DNA of 64,000 bases from a virus. Under the pieces are notes generated by a model. That model worked only from the letters and a program-made list of their open reading frames with translations, did no database searches and was not told the DNA's origin. Location of the stretch: IMG/VR virus record IMGVR_UViG_3300032235_000647, positions 1 to 64,000 of that record, one strand, 5' to 3'. Made by a program: the position numbers and the translations under genes. How positions within the stretch are numbered: position 1 is the stretch's first letter; each line of letters opens with the position of its first letter. Of this stretch, positions 40,101 to 50,424 are shown piece by piece.

Positions 40101-41029
40101 TTTCCAACTTGATGAGTTGAACCACTCATAAAAATTGAACCAGTTATGGTCTGGTCACCGATAAACGTGTTAGATTCGGTAGTTGCAAAACTTAAATTAT
40201 CAACTCTTCCTGATAATGATGATGAAAAAGTATCAAAATCTGTTGTTGATGATGATAGTAATCCACTCGGTAGAGTTATTTTATCTAAAATTAATAAACT
40301 ACTATCTCCTTCAAGTGTAACATCTCCATTTATATCAACCGGCCCAACTAACATTGCATTATGACCATCTGGAACTGTAAATCCATTTAAAGTTTTTGGA
40401 TTTATATAAACTTGTGATTTTAGTGTTTCAGTTACAGTTATTGAACCAGTAATAATTTGAGAACCACTAAAAACATTAGAACCAGTAGTTGCAAAAGTTT
40501 CGTTTAAGTTTTCCTGTGAAGAAGTGAATAATTGTAAATTATCTAATCGAGAATCTACTGATTGAGAAAAATTGTTAAAGTCTGTAGCAGAAGATGATAA
40601 AATTCCACTTCCTGGCAAAGAAATATTATCTATTGATGCAGAAACTACATGAAGTTTTCTAAATCTTTTAACAGGAGAACCTATATCATCAATTCCATCT
40701 TCTTGTGGAATTAATGAACCAGTAAATGGTGCATTTACAGTAATAATATCGTTTGACCCGGTACCTAATACAATATTCCCACCAATTTGAACATTACCAT
40801 CAATTTTAGCATTACCAGTAATATTGAGGGTTGACCCAGAAATACCACCATTAATACTTAAATTTCCAGTTAAGGTAATATTACCAGTATTTGAACCCAA
40901 CTTTACAAGAGTTATTGTACCACTTGTTCCACCTACATTTAATGTATTTGAAGTTGTGTTAAAAAAAAGTTCTGATTGAGATAAACTTGGTGTGGTTGTA
41001 CCTCTTCTTAATGTTAATATTGCAGCCAT
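37112..41029 (-). CDS. long tail fibre with S74 chaperone
   Basis: S/T/G-rich coiled repeats; YASSDRRLKNDI...GVIAQEIEQILP. Confidence 0.85.
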   Translation of the reverse strand: MAAILTLRRGTTTPSLSQSELFFNTTSNTLNVGGTSGTITLVKLGSNTGNITLTGNLSINGGISGSTLNITGNAKIDGNVQIGGNIVLGTGSNDIITVNAPFTGSLIPQEDGIDDIGSPVKRFRKLHVVSASIDNISLPGSGILSSSATDFNNFSQSVDSRLDNLQLFTSSQENLNETFATTGSNVFSGSQIITGSITVTETLKSQVYINPKTLNGFTVPDGHNAMLVGPVDINGDVTLEGDSSLLILDKITLPSGLLSSSTTDFDTFSSSLSGRVDNLSFATTESNTFIGDQTITGSIFMSGSTHQVGNIFLSGSLTVSGSSTFTNIGLTILSGSTRVSGSTIQTGSINVNGNILADNLELRGTNHLISADTNQLIVSSSTTYFSGNVNVSGSVTASVFSGSFVGTLPSQDGRLDNLEEKSASVDISISQLNQYTSSLKTAISVNGSNLIVLGDLSVQGTTTQIDSTQVNIGENILELNYGGAITQGGIYVKDATGNLTSGSMLWDSTIDRWIAGSSGSESVVLLKGGDNILSGSAQITSSLDFRYLEILGDDVVSGSSQITITDTTGFSTFSGSLKTTDDIQSSRILNLELTSESHDNRISQLESDSGSQGGRISSLEQFTSSQQTINGFYNSYTQSNDNRVNNLESFTSSIDSTIKNKLNAEGVVSSSSDSSTIDFTITSGVITGNVIGGIISGSSQVTQSLDGRYEVSGSVAELVGIYQVSGSLGSAAWYNVTTSLDVNLSTSSLNDNVILSAGAVKRFVVHVLDNVINVADINSVNAGDGISGGGLTGDVTITLDTSSLHFTNGVISSISSFSSSVDSRLDSLELFSSSLEGGFVTQAELASATGSLIDSIATKLDTGSYLSDSASFDTRLDSLESDTGSQDGRLDNLEGFTSSIDTTIKTKLNVEGVLSGSSQVLGGSGLLSSSVTNFTDFSQSVDNRLDLLESNSSSLQNIYEEKASGTHTLVSGSSQLTSSYDNRYVTLDGDQTINGTKTFNDIVVNGTGSFAYITSVSGTAKIIGDSFIVLNTDTPTSRYAGLSVYDSGSNLSTASFYYDGETNDWGYEYSSSAGIDYAVTIFGPEYTTKGTPTYLTSNRIPKAVDNHHLNDSNISDSGTLITLNSNSQVNGNLVVNGNVSANNLVSGSGQITKTLQEVTTAGNTTSDSISITNITASTNKTSGALIVSGGIGTSGDIFAGGDVVAYASSDRRLKNDIQPIQNSLQKINQIGGYSFVWNEEVQDTYRGKDYGVIAQEIEQILPELVENRDNGYKAVKYDKLVSILIEGIKELSTKVEELNEKINRG

Positions 41030-41136
41030 TTATTGGATTTCCATTAATTTTATCTATAAATATATGTTAATTTAATTATTTCTTTTGAGAAATGTATATA
41101 ACATCACTTATATAAGTATAAGAAAACAAAAAGTAT

Positions 41137-41170
41137 AAAAAAAATCCCCAGCCAAGAGGAAGGGGATTTT
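41137..41170 (-). terminator. intrinsic terminator
   Basis: aaaatcccc / ggggatttt stem plus U-run. Confidence 0.75.
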
Positions 41171-41189
41171 AAAATTTAATTATATTTAA

Positions 41190-44100
41190 TTAGAATGTAC
41201 CACCATCGATAGTGTTTGAAGCTACGAATGAAGAACCATTCCATTGAATCATATCACCAGTATTTACAGCAACTACCGAAGTAAGTTCCTTAGTACCATT
41301 TGCTACTATGAATGAATTAGCACTTAAACCACCAATTGTCAAATCACCAGTGATTGAGACATCAACACCATTATCAGCAATTGTAGAATTTACTAATAAT
41401 CCGTTTGCTCCGATTACTTGAACTGAAGCAGAAGTTGGAGTTGAATTAAATCTTGCAAATTGTTTTTCCGAACCTAGTGCACCACCCATCCAATGGTCAG
41501 CTGTTGAATTCCACAACAACGAACCAGAAACGGTATTAGGGTTAGTTGCATCTTTAACTAATAAACCACCATTTGCTGCAGATGAACCATTTAGTTCGAT
41601 GATATTATCACCTAACTGAATTGTGGTTGAGTCAATAGTAGTTGTTGAACCTTGAACAAATAGATTTCCAGTTATAGTAACACTACCACCAACACTCAAA
41701 TTATTTTGAATTGAAGCAGTTGGTATTGTTACGGAATTTGGTAATCCAATGGTAACAGTACCACCATTACCTAATGTAACTGAACCACCAGTAATTTCGA
41801 TTTCATTTGTTGTACCTTGAATGGTTAATGCAGTATTTCCTTCAACTGCGGTACCCGATGTGGAACCATAATCTACTTGTAAGGAGTTATCTACACCATT
41901 TAGTGAAAGACCTATTCCTGCTAAATCAGAGTTTAAGTTGACTGCTCTTACACCATTTGTTTTAATTGAAACATTACCAGTTGTTACTGAGAAATCATCA
42001 GCATCAAATGAGGCAACACCTCTTGTAGATGTAGTAGCATTTGCAGCTGTAATTGTAATTGTATTGTTAGTTACTGCAGCTGATAATGAATTTGAACCAG
42101 TTACCAATAAAGTATCTGACAATAATGAAAGAGTGTCATTTCCAGTAGAACCACTAAGTCTTAAATCAGTAACTAAACCTGTTAATTGTGAACCATTACC
42201 TACAAATGAACCAGTAAATGTAGTTGTTCCAGTAGAATTACCAATATTATCAGCAGAAACTCTACCAGTACCAAAATTAGTTGCTTGATTAGATAATAAA
42301 GTTACAATTTGGGCAGAAGAAGAAACAACTGCATCTGCATTTAACTTAGTTTTGATTGTAGTGTCAATAGACGATGTAAATGATTCAATTCTGTTTAATC
42401 TACCAGCTTGAGAACCCGAATCGGTAGATAATTGATTTAATCTACTATCAACAGATGCAGTGTAAGTTGCAAGAGTATTATCTTTAGTTTGTTGAGAACC
42501 AGAGAAACTTTCTAATGAAGTTAATCTAGCAGACTGGGCAGTATTTACGGTTTCTAATGCACCAGTTGCAGAGGCTAATTCAGCTTGAGTAACAAATCCT
42601 GCATCAAGTGATGATGAAAATGCCTCTAAAGCAGTTAATCTTGTAATAGCACTACCACTTGCAGTTGATAATTGGTTTAATCTACTATCAACTGATGCAG
42701 TGTAAGTTGCAAGAGTATTATCTTTAGTTTGTTGAGAACCAGAGAAATTTTCTAGTGAAGTTAATCTAGCGGCTTGAGAACCTGAATCGGTAGATAATTG
42801 ATTTAATCTAGTATCAACCGAAGCAGTATATGTTGCTAATGTTGAATTTTTAGTTTCTTGAGAAGAAGTAAATGCCTCTAATGCAGTAACACGGGTTCCA
42901 ATTGAACCACCTCCACCTAATGAAGCTTCTACTGAATCTAATCTACTATCTACTGATTGTGAGAATGCTGCAGCATTACCAATACCTACAATAGATGACG
43001 CACTTACAGCACCATTAACATCTAATGCACCAGCGATAGTAATTTTAGTTGAACCAACATTTTGGGTCATGATTGAATCACCAATGTGATTTTCACCCAA
43101 AGCAACTTGAATAGACCCAGAAGTTATTCCTGATTCATTTCCAATAGTTCCTGTATTTTTAGGACCTGCAATTAAGATTGCTGAATTATATTCTTCACCA
43201 CTTCCACTTGGTTGTACATATAACCAATGGTTATTGAATGAATCCCATAATAATGAACCACTAACTCCTTGTCCTGAACCAGAATCTTGTACACTTAGCC
43301 CACCAAATCTAACAGCTGGAGTTGCAGTGTTAAGTACTATGTTATTAGTTCCAATATTTACCGAACTTCCAGTAATGTTTACTAGTGAAGACGAACCTTG
43401 AACAACTAAGTTTTGAGTAATAAATAAAGAACCAGTAATTGTTTGACTTCCATAAAATATGTTAGAACCAGTAGTTGCAAAAGTTGTATTTAAGTTATTT
43501 TGTGAAGAAGTAAATGATTGTATATTACTCAATCGATTATCAACTGAAGCAGTATAAGTTGCTAAAGTAGAATCTTTACTTTCTTGAGAAGCCGAGAATG
43601 CTTCTAATGAAGATACTCGTGAACCAATTGAACCAGCTCCACCAAGTGAAGTTTCAATCGTATCTAATCTACCATCAACTGAAGATGAGAATGATGTAAA
43701 TCCAGTTACACTACCAATTTGTACTTGAGATGAACCAGAAATTACTGTTTCAACATTTAATCTTGTTTTGATAGTTGTATTGATAGAAGATGTAAATGCT
43801 TCTAAATTAGCCGTTTCAACTTCTAATGCTGATAATCTTGTTAACGCTGAACCACTAAATGTTTCCAAATTAGCTGTTTCAATTTCTAAAAGATTTAATC
43901 TTGTAATAGCACTACCACTTGCAGTTGATAATTGGTTTAATCTACTATCAACTGATGCAGTGTAAGTTGCAAGAGTATTATCTTTAGTTTGTTGAGAACC
44001 AGAGAATGTCTCAAGTGAAGTTAATCTAGCAGACTGCGCAGTATTTACGGTTTCTAAAGCACCAGTTGCAGAGGCCAGTTCAACTTGAGTAACAAATCCA

Positions 44101-44672
44101 GCATCAAGTGATGATGAAAATGATTCTAATGCAGTTAATCTAGTAATAGCACTACCACTTGCAGTTGATAATTGATTTAATCTACTATCAACTGAGGCAG
44201 TATATGTTGCTAATGTTGAATTTTTAGTTTCTTGAGAAGCACTAAATGTGTTTAGTGAAGTAAGAATTCCTACAACTTGAGAAGAACCTGAAACAGTTCC
44301 AGTTGGTAATAATTCAGTTACTTGAGCCGAAGAAGAAACAATTCCTGTTCCGCCGGTGTTAGCAGTTGCTTTAATTTCAACATTTCCACCTTTATTTAAG
44401 ATATATAATTTGTTAGCAGAGGTATCATAAAATGGAATACCATCTATCGAAGTATCATAAGAACCACCAGTTAAGTTTGGTACACTTGTTCCCTGGAGAA
44501 TTTTGTTAGCAGGTGTAGCGGTAGAACCATCTATACCAACGAATAGAATAGAATTTCCATTGGTGGCAGTGATTCCTGATGAACCTGTAACAACTAATAA
44601 TTCTCCAGCACGTTTAGTGGCTCCACTAATTGATTCTAACGAACCTCTTCTGTGTTTAATAATTTGTGCCAT
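41190..44672 (-). CDS. long tail fibre with internal repeats
   Basis: TLATYTASVDSRLNQLST repeats; ends IDGGTF. Confidence 0.8.
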   Translation of the reverse strand: MAQIIKHRRGSLESISGATKRAGELLVVTGSSGITATNGNSILFVGIDGSTATPANKILQGTSVPNLTGGSYDTSIDGIPFYDTSANKLYILNKGGNVEIKATANTGGTGIVSSSAQVTELLPTGTVSGSSQVVGILTSLNTFSASQETKNSTLATYTASVDSRLNQLSTASGSAITRLTALESFSSSLDAGFVTQVELASATGALETVNTAQSARLTSLETFSGSQQTKDNTLATYTASVDSRLNQLSTASGSAITRLNLLEIETANLETFSGSALTRLSALEVETANLEAFTSSINTTIKTRLNVETVISGSSQVQIGSVTGFTSFSSSVDGRLDTIETSLGGAGSIGSRVSSLEAFSASQESKDSTLATYTASVDNRLSNIQSFTSSQNNLNTTFATTGSNIFYGSQTITGSLFITQNLVVQGSSSLVNITGSSVNIGTNNIVLNTATPAVRFGGLSVQDSGSGQGVSGSLLWDSFNNHWLYVQPSGSGEEYNSAILIAGPKNTGTIGNESGITSGSIQVALGENHIGDSIMTQNVGSTKITIAGALDVNGAVSASSIVGIGNAAAFSQSVDSRLDSVEASLGGGGSIGTRVTALEAFTSSQETKNSTLATYTASVDTRLNQLSTDSGSQAARLTSLENFSGSQQTKDNTLATYTASVDSRLNQLSTASGSAITRLTALEAFSSSLDAGFVTQAELASATGALETVNTAQSARLTSLESFSGSQQTKDNTLATYTASVDSRLNQLSTDSGSQAGRLNRIESFTSSIDTTIKTKLNADAVVSSSAQIVTLLSNQATNFGTGRVSADNIGNSTGTTTFTGSFVGNGSQLTGLVTDLRLSGSTGNDTLSLLSDTLLVTGSNSLSAAVTNNTITITAANATTSTRGVASFDADDFSVTTGNVSIKTNGVRAVNLNSDLAGIGLSLNGVDNSLQVDYGSTSGTAVEGNTALTIQGTTNEIEITGGSVTLGNGGTVTIGLPNSVTIPTASIQNNLSVGGSVTITGNLFVQGSTTTIDSTTIQLGDNIIELNGSSAANGGLLVKDATNPNTVSGSLLWNSTADHWMGGALGSEKQFARFNSTPTSASVQVIGANGLLVNSTIADNGVDVSITGDLTIGGLSANSFIVANGTKELTSVVAVNTGDMIQWNGSSFVASNTIDGGTF
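42635..44006. repeat. 112-nt identical direct repeat (42635-42746 and 43895-44006) within a larger duplicated block
   Basis: Direct comparison of the two sequences. Confidence 0.9.
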
Positions 44673-44800
44673 GTGTTGTTTTTTTGTTTTTTTAGTTTGT
44701 TACAACGAAAACCTTTATTGTTTTACAGGACATTTGCCTAATTTGATAAATACTATATAGTACCTAAATTTATATATAAATATTAATCCTCTTTACAATA

Positions 44801-45472
44801 TTATATTAACCCCGAATCTATGATATATGAACCTGATGAGATTATATATTCCACAGCATCAGTAAAGTGCAAAGAAGAAGTATTTAATGTTAAAGTTGTT
44901 ATTCCAGATGATACTGATTTTGTTAAACCATTTCCAGCATTTACAGAAGAATCTCCTATTGAAAATGTATAAAGACCCCAACTTATTATATCAGTAAATG
45001 TGGTAATCATATCTGCATAAGTAATATCAGCTTGATATACCGAATTGGTATCTACAACATATACAAGTTGGCCATCAGAGAAATTTGTTATTGAAGATGA
45101 TAGTAATAAATTTAGTGTTGGATAAGTTCTAAATAAACCACTCTCTTCATATCCACTTGGTATAGTAATAGAAGCAGTATTGCTATTTATTGTATTGATT
45201 TTAACACCAGAACCCGAAAATTCGAATTGTGACGCAACTATATCAACAGACCCACTTAATACATTAATACCAGTACCTTCGGCTACAATTCCAGTTAAAC
45301 GAGAACCATCACCTTCTAAAAATACACCCCGAATTACTCCAGAGGCAGTAATATCTCCATCTACAAATAGAGAACCCGTAGTTACAAGCGAACCTGAAAC
45401 TACGAATTCTCCTTCAATTACTGAAGCGGTTACTACACCTTGTATTTGTTTACTTTGAATTAATGTTGCCAT
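44801..45472 (-). CDS. tail fibre-related protein
   Basis: GDGSRLTGI module; ends IDSGLI. Confidence 0.65.
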   Translation of the reverse strand: MATLIQSKQIQGVVTASVIEGEFVVSGSLVTTGSLFVDGDITASGVIRGVFLEGDGSRLTGIVAEGTGINVLSGSVDIVASQFEFSGSGVKINTINSNTASITIPSGYEESGLFRTYPTLNLLLSSSITNFSDGQLVYVVDTNSVYQADITYADMITTFTDIISWGLYTFSIGDSSVNAGNGLTKSVSSGITTLTLNTSSLHFTDAVEYIISSGSYIIDSGLI

Positions 45473-45519
45473 CTAATGTATTTTTACTTTTATATATATG
45501 GTTACTTATATTATATTTT

Positions 45520-48500
45520 TTACGCCAATCTAATTTTAATAGTACCAGATGTGTGATATAATCCACCCAATGGAACACCCCCGGTAGCAGCAGCTGCATC
45601 ATCTGCAAAGTTGTATGAGGATGATACTTGAGCTAAAATTGCTGTAGAAGCTCTAAGTGTACCTTTTAGGTATGTATCGGTGATATCATTATTACCGATT
45701 GTTACCGTATTGGTTCCATTACTTATTGCATTATATCCAATTACAATTTGATTATCTTGAGCATTTACATTAGATTTAGTATTTGTTCCAATAAATACAG
45801 AATTTGTATTTGATGTTACTTCGGTTACACCATTACTCAAATATCTACCTGCAGTATGTCCTAAGTATACACTATTACTACCAGTAACAACACCATACGC
45901 AGAACTATAACCTACTGCAGTAACATTGCTTGAAAGAGTATTTAACGCATTTGCATTAGAGCCCAAAAGTGTATTTTCTGAACCACTAATATTATTAGTT
46001 CCTGCTTGAAAACCAAAGAATGCGTTTGAACCACCAACACCAGTATTTAATCCAGCATTATGACCAATAAATGTATTATAATCAGCAGTTTTATGATTTG
46101 CTCCGGCAGATTGACCTACAAATGTATTAAAACTACCACTTGTATTAGTTTGTCCACTAAAATTTCCTAAGAATACGTTACCTTGTCCAACCGAGTTATC
46201 TCTACCCGAATTATATCCAAAGAATGAGTTATTATCTCCAGTTGTGTTAACACCACCAGCTATATAACCCACAAAAGTGTTATTACTACCACTTGTGTTT
46301 GCAAAACCAGCTTGAAAACCAACAAATGTATTGTTACTTACTTTAGTATTATATCCTGCTTGTTTTCCTATAAAAACATTACTATTTCCTGAAATATTTG
46401 AGAATCCTGCAGTCTCTCCTATGAAAACATTATCAGAATTTTTATTATTGTATCCAGCATAACCACCTATAAACACATTATTGTTTCCAATTTGATTTAA
46501 TAAGCCAGCACTTTTTCCTACAAATACGTTCAACGAACCATCGGTATTTAATACTCCAGCATCTTGTCCAATAATAACATTATATTCTGCATTTGTAGTT
46601 AAATTACCTAATGGTTCATCACCAATGACAATATTACCAACACCTCCGATTCCGTTTTGTGAAATTGAACCACTTACTCTTAAAGAACCAGAAATAATTT
46701 CGTTTCCAAAGAAAATATTACTTCCAGTTACTGCAAATGAGCCAGTCTCAATTGGTGTAACTCCTGGAATTCCAGTTAATCCACTACCATCACCTACGAA
46801 TGAACCAGAGAAGGAAGATGCGGTTACTGCACCAATGAGTATTGCGCTGCCACTTACTAAAAGTGAACCCGATACATCAACTGGTACTTTGATACTTACT
46901 TTATTTTCAGCAAATCTACCTTGTGATTGAAACTCCATCACTTGATAATAATTACTTGAACTATCTGCTGTAAATAAACTTGGTTCGGTTAGATTTGCAA
47001 GACCTGGCTGATTAAGATGTGTTGGGTCAGCAGAAAGTCCTATGATATTATGATTATCTGCAGATGAACTGTGTTCCAATTTTACCGAATTCGGTCCAAG
47101 TGATGTATTACTACTACCACTATGTACTATTACTGCACCAGCGAATGCAAAACCAGTTGCGTTTATAGAACCACTAATTGTTTGATTACCGTTAAATGTA
47201 TTTGAACCAGTAGTTGCAAATGAGCCAGTCTCAATTGGTGTAACTCCTGGAATTCCAGTTAATCCACTACCATCACCTATAAAGGAACCAGTGAATGAAG
47301 AACCAGATATTACACCTTTTAGATATGTGTTAGTAATACCATCATTACCCAATGTTACGGTGTTATTTCCATTACCTATAGCATCATGACCTATGATAAC
47401 TTGGTTAATTGGGTCATCATTATTTGGAGATGCACCATATCCTACAATAACAGATGCACTTAAAAATCTTAAATACTCACTAGCCGTAGAACCGGTTGCT
47501 GCGTATGCACCTACAACCACGTTTTCACTACCAGTAGAAAGAGATGTTACTGTTCGTGTACCAACAAAAGTATTATTGTTTCCATTTGAATAAAGTCCAG
47601 TATAAGTACCGATTATTGAATTTTGACTACCACTTACTGCTTCAGATCCAGCACCCACACCAACATAAGTATTTTCTCCCCCTGAAACATTGCGATAACC
47701 TGCAGTATTTCCGAGATATGTATTATTTTGTCCAGTTGTATTACTATATCCTGCTTGATGTCCAATAAAAGTATTAAATCCTACTTGGTTAACTCGGCCA
47801 GCTTGAACACCTATTTTTATTACATAACTACCACTTGTATTTGGTACATTTCCTTCACCGGAGATAGCAATATGTGAACCTTCATAAATAATTGATTTAG
47901 TATCAGCTACATTTACACTACCTGTAAACGAACCCGTAAATGAATTTGCTCTAACATTAGAACCAGTGATATTACCATAATAGTAATTAGTACCTCTATA
48001 TGTATTAAAAGAATCATTATTACCAATCTGAAGGCTCGTTACCTGATTAGTACCTACTAGCATTATTTTTCCATACATATTAACAACCGAATTTCCATCT
48101 TCATTATCGTATACTTGTACAACTCCAGTATTACCTGAGCCAGATGGTTTTAATACCATTGCAATTGATGTAGTACCTTGTGTAAATACCGAACCAGATT
48201 GGTCTACTCCAATACCATTTCGATAACTTGGAGAACGAAATTGAACACTACCAGTTGATGTCAATGAACCACTAAATAAGTTTGTTCCTACAAAAACATT
48301 AGAACCAGTTGTTGCAAATGTGGTATTTAATACTTCTTGTGATGCAGTAAATGAATTTAGAGCAGTGATATCACTTCCACCACCTCCAAATGAAGAAGTA
48401 GGGGCTAATGTAGATACATTACCACTACCACCTACCCATACATAACCTTGTTGTAGGGATGCTGTTAATGTTCCGTCTATTGTTAAATTTGTTATATTTA

Positions 48501-48564
48501 ACCCTTCAATTGCTACCGAACCTGATTGGTAGGGAGTAATTCTGTCTACTCTAATTGTGCTCAT
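45520..48564 (-). CDS. tail fibre/adhesin with two YadA-head-like beta-roll regions
   Basis: Many NTFxGxxAG repeats; C-terminal DDAAAATGGVPLGGLYH. Confidence 0.75.
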   Translation of the reverse strand: MSTIRVDRITPYQSGSVAIEGLNITNLTIDGTLTASLQQGYVWVGGSGNVSTLAPTSSFGGGGSDITALNSFTASQEVLNTTFATTGSNVFVGTNLFSGSLTSTGSVQFRSPSYRNGIGVDQSGSVFTQGTTSIAMVLKPSGSGNTGVVQVYDNEDGNSVVNMYGKIMLVGTNQVTSLQIGNNDSFNTYRGTNYYYGNITGSNVRANSFTGSFTGSVNVADTKSIIYEGSHIAISGEGNVPNTSGSYVIKIGVQAGRVNQVGFNTFIGHQAGYSNTTGQNNTYLGNTAGYRNVSGGENTYVGVGAGSEAVSGSQNSIIGTYTGLYSNGNNNTFVGTRTVTSLSTGSENVVVGAYAATGSTASEYLRFLSASVIVGYGASPNNDDPINQVIIGHDAIGNGNNTVTLGNDGITNTYLKGVISGSSFTGSFIGDGSGLTGIPGVTPIETGSFATTGSNTFNGNQTISGSINATGFAFAGAVIVHSGSSNTSLGPNSVKLEHSSSADNHNIIGLSADPTHLNQPGLANLTEPSLFTADSSSNYYQVMEFQSQGRFAENKVSIKVPVDVSGSLLVSGSAILIGAVTASSFSGSFVGDGSGLTGIPGVTPIETGSFAVTGSNIFFGNEIISGSLRVSGSISQNGIGGVGNIVIGDEPLGNLTTNAEYNVIIGQDAGVLNTDGSLNVFVGKSAGLLNQIGNNNVFIGGYAGYNNKNSDNVFIGETAGFSNISGNSNVFIGKQAGYNTKVSNNTFVGFQAGFANTSGSNNTFVGYIAGGVNTTGDNNSFFGYNSGRDNSVGQGNVFLGNFSGQTNTSGSFNTFVGQSAGANHKTADYNTFIGHNAGLNTGVGGSNAFFGFQAGTNNISGSENTLLGSNANALNTLSSNVTAVGYSSAYGVVTGSNSVYLGHTAGRYLSNGVTEVTSNTNSVFIGTNTKSNVNAQDNQIVIGYNAISNGTNTVTIGNNDITDTYLKGTLRASTAILAQVSSSYNFADDAAAATGGVPLGGLYHTSGTIKIRLA
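46732..47279. repeat. 65-nt identical direct repeat (46732-46796 and 47215-47279)
   Basis: Both copies encode GDGSGLTGIPGVTPIETGSFA. Confidence 0.9.
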
Positions 48565-48599
48565 AATTTTTTTTCCTATGTTTTTTTATTTTTTTTTTG

Positions 48600-48965
48600 T
48601 TATCTACTTACTATTTTTCCTTTTACAAAGAAATCCGATGCTGTTATAAGATCTGGTCTAAATGTTATACTTTGATTAAATGTTATTACAATATTAGAAC
48701 CATTATCTATAACACTATATTGGTCAGCTGTTCTTTTCAATCCTTGTAAAAATACATCGACATAATCTGATAAGCTATCTACTTTAATATCTTCGAATAC
48801 AAATTTTTTGTCCAAGAAAGTTAAAGTAAAAAAATCACCATTTAAAGAAATTGAATCAGGAGTATATTGATATATCCATGAATCATTTATTACTTCCAAT
48901 ACAAGATTTTTTACTCTCAATTTATCATTAAAAGGAACTATTACATTTGGTTTAGGTTTAATCAT
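48600..48965 (-). CDS. small structural protein
   Basis: beta-rich; VDVFLQG motif. Confidence 0.65.
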   Translation of the reverse strand: MIKPKPNVIVPFNDKLRVKNLVLEVINDSWIYQYTPDSISLNGDFFTLTFLDKKFVFEDIKVDSLSDYVDVFLQGLKRTADQYSVIDNGSNIVITFNQSITFRPDLITASDFFVKGKIVSR

Positions 48966-49288
48966 ATCGAATCTATATCTCCTTCTAATTTTATATCATC
49001 AGTATTTTCTAATTCGTATTGAAAATTTGCTTTAATGAAAGATACATGAAAATCATTATTAACCTGCTCAAATATATAATCTCTTTCTAAAATATATTGA
49101 CCATTAATAAATATATCAAAACGAGAGTGTTCCTTTCTAAATGGTCTTAAATTTATGTTTAAATCTTTCATTTTTACATTTGGTAATTTCCAAATCCAAT
49201 ACGAAGGATGTGAAAGGTTATGTGGAATCAGAGTATATTCATCTGGTTCGTGAACTTGTTTTAATATTTTATTTAATTCATTTATCAT
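48962..49288 (-). CDS. small structural protein
   Basis: FDIFINGQY motif; overlaps both neighbours. Confidence 0.65.
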   Translation of the reverse strand: MINELNKILKQVHEPDEYTLIPHNLSHPSYWIWKLPNVKMKDLNINLRPFRKEHSRFDIFINGQYILERDYIFEQVNNDFHVSFIKANFQYELENTDDIKLEGDIDSI

Positions 49289-50424
49289 AATTCAATAAAC
49301 TTTCCAGTTATACCAATTTCATCAGAAGATTCTAAAATATAACCTAAATCACTTGTAGTAGGAATTAAATCATTTGGATAAGTTCCACCAACTTGAAGTG
49401 AACCAGTATTAAAATTAAAATAAATTTCATTAGTACCATACGAACCTGTATATGTGTAAGTCATTGGTGGAATTAATACACCATTTACATAAATTCTAAA
49501 CCATTGATCGGTATCAAACGAACCAAATAATTCAGGTGGTAATTTTGGTAATTCTACATTTGTTAATTTAACAGTATCTGCATCCACAAAAACTGCTTCT
49601 TGTGAACTACGAATAGACATAAAGTCAATAACATCGGAATATTCTGTATATAAACTTTGTTTACTTAAATTCAAATTTTTACCAGTTAAATCAGTTTCTC
49701 CTGCCCAGACAATCTTTTTTGGAGAAATTTCTTTTCGTGTAGTTGATTCATTATCAAATTTTTCAGGTAAAAGATATGCATCCACTACCATAGTAAAAGT
49801 TGTTCGAACAACTCTTTGTGTACCTTCACCAACTTCAGTAGTATTATCAAATGAATCAATTTTTACTCTAAATTTGAAGCCATTTTTATCTCCCCAATAC
49901 TCATCAGTTGCGTATTGAAATGCCTCCACGATTTTATTCATGTGTTCGGTAAAATCAGTCCAAACATTTACTTCATAAGTAATAGTAACATAATCAGGTA
50001 TAGTGACGTTATATAACTCTACTGGTCTTCTTGCAGAAGTCATCTGTGAAAACCTATCGTATTTGTGTTTTTTTGAGTATTGTGATACAGCGGTGTAAAA
50101 TAAATTACGATTCATAGAAATTGCACCCGTATCATCTCTTGCTACAGAATTTCTTTTGAATACACAAACTGGAATTTGAACTTGTCCATTTCTATCTCTT
50201 AAAAATCCATCCTTTTTTATGGCCTTCCATCTTTCAGGATTACCATATATGACAGGTACCTTCACCTTTTCTCCCATTACCTCAACCGTGGGCATGACAG
50301 TATCTATCATGTGTTCTGCAATTGCAGAATCAATATCATACAACTTAATACCTTTATGATTTTTCGGTTCGGTTTTAAGTTGTTCTTCTCTTTTGGGGAT
50401 TCTTTTTAACGGGTCTATACTCAT
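49285..50424 (-). CDS. tail terminator/sheath stabiliser (gp15-like) with C-terminal extension
   Basis: VPVIYGNPERW, PDYVTITYEV.VWT, MNKIVE; synteny after neck genes. Confidence 0.7.
   Translation of the reverse strand: MSIDPLKRIPKREEQLKTEPKNHKGIKLYDIDSAIAEHMIDTVMPTVEVMGEKVKVPVIYGNPERWKAIKKDGFLRDRNGQVQIPVCVFKRNSVARDDTGAISMNRNLFYTAVSQYSKKHKYDRFSQMTSARRPVELYNVTIPDYVTITYEVNVWTDFTEHMNKIVEAFQYATDEYWGDKNGFKFRVKIDSFDNTTEVGEGTQRVVRTTFTMVVDAYLLPEKFDNESTTRKEISPKKIVWAGETDLTGKNLNLSKQSLYTEYSDVIDFMSIRSSQEAVFVDADTVKLTNVELPKLPPELFGSFDTDQWFRIYVNGVLIPPMTYTYTGSYGTNEIYFNFNTGSLQVGGTYPNDLIPTTSDLGYILESSDEIGITGKFIEL

Noticed and set aside
1-48564. Diversity-generating retroelement acting on fibres
   Set aside because: No reverse transcriptase in the window. 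The repeats are in-frame coding duplications, and I saw no adenine-specific mismatch pattern.
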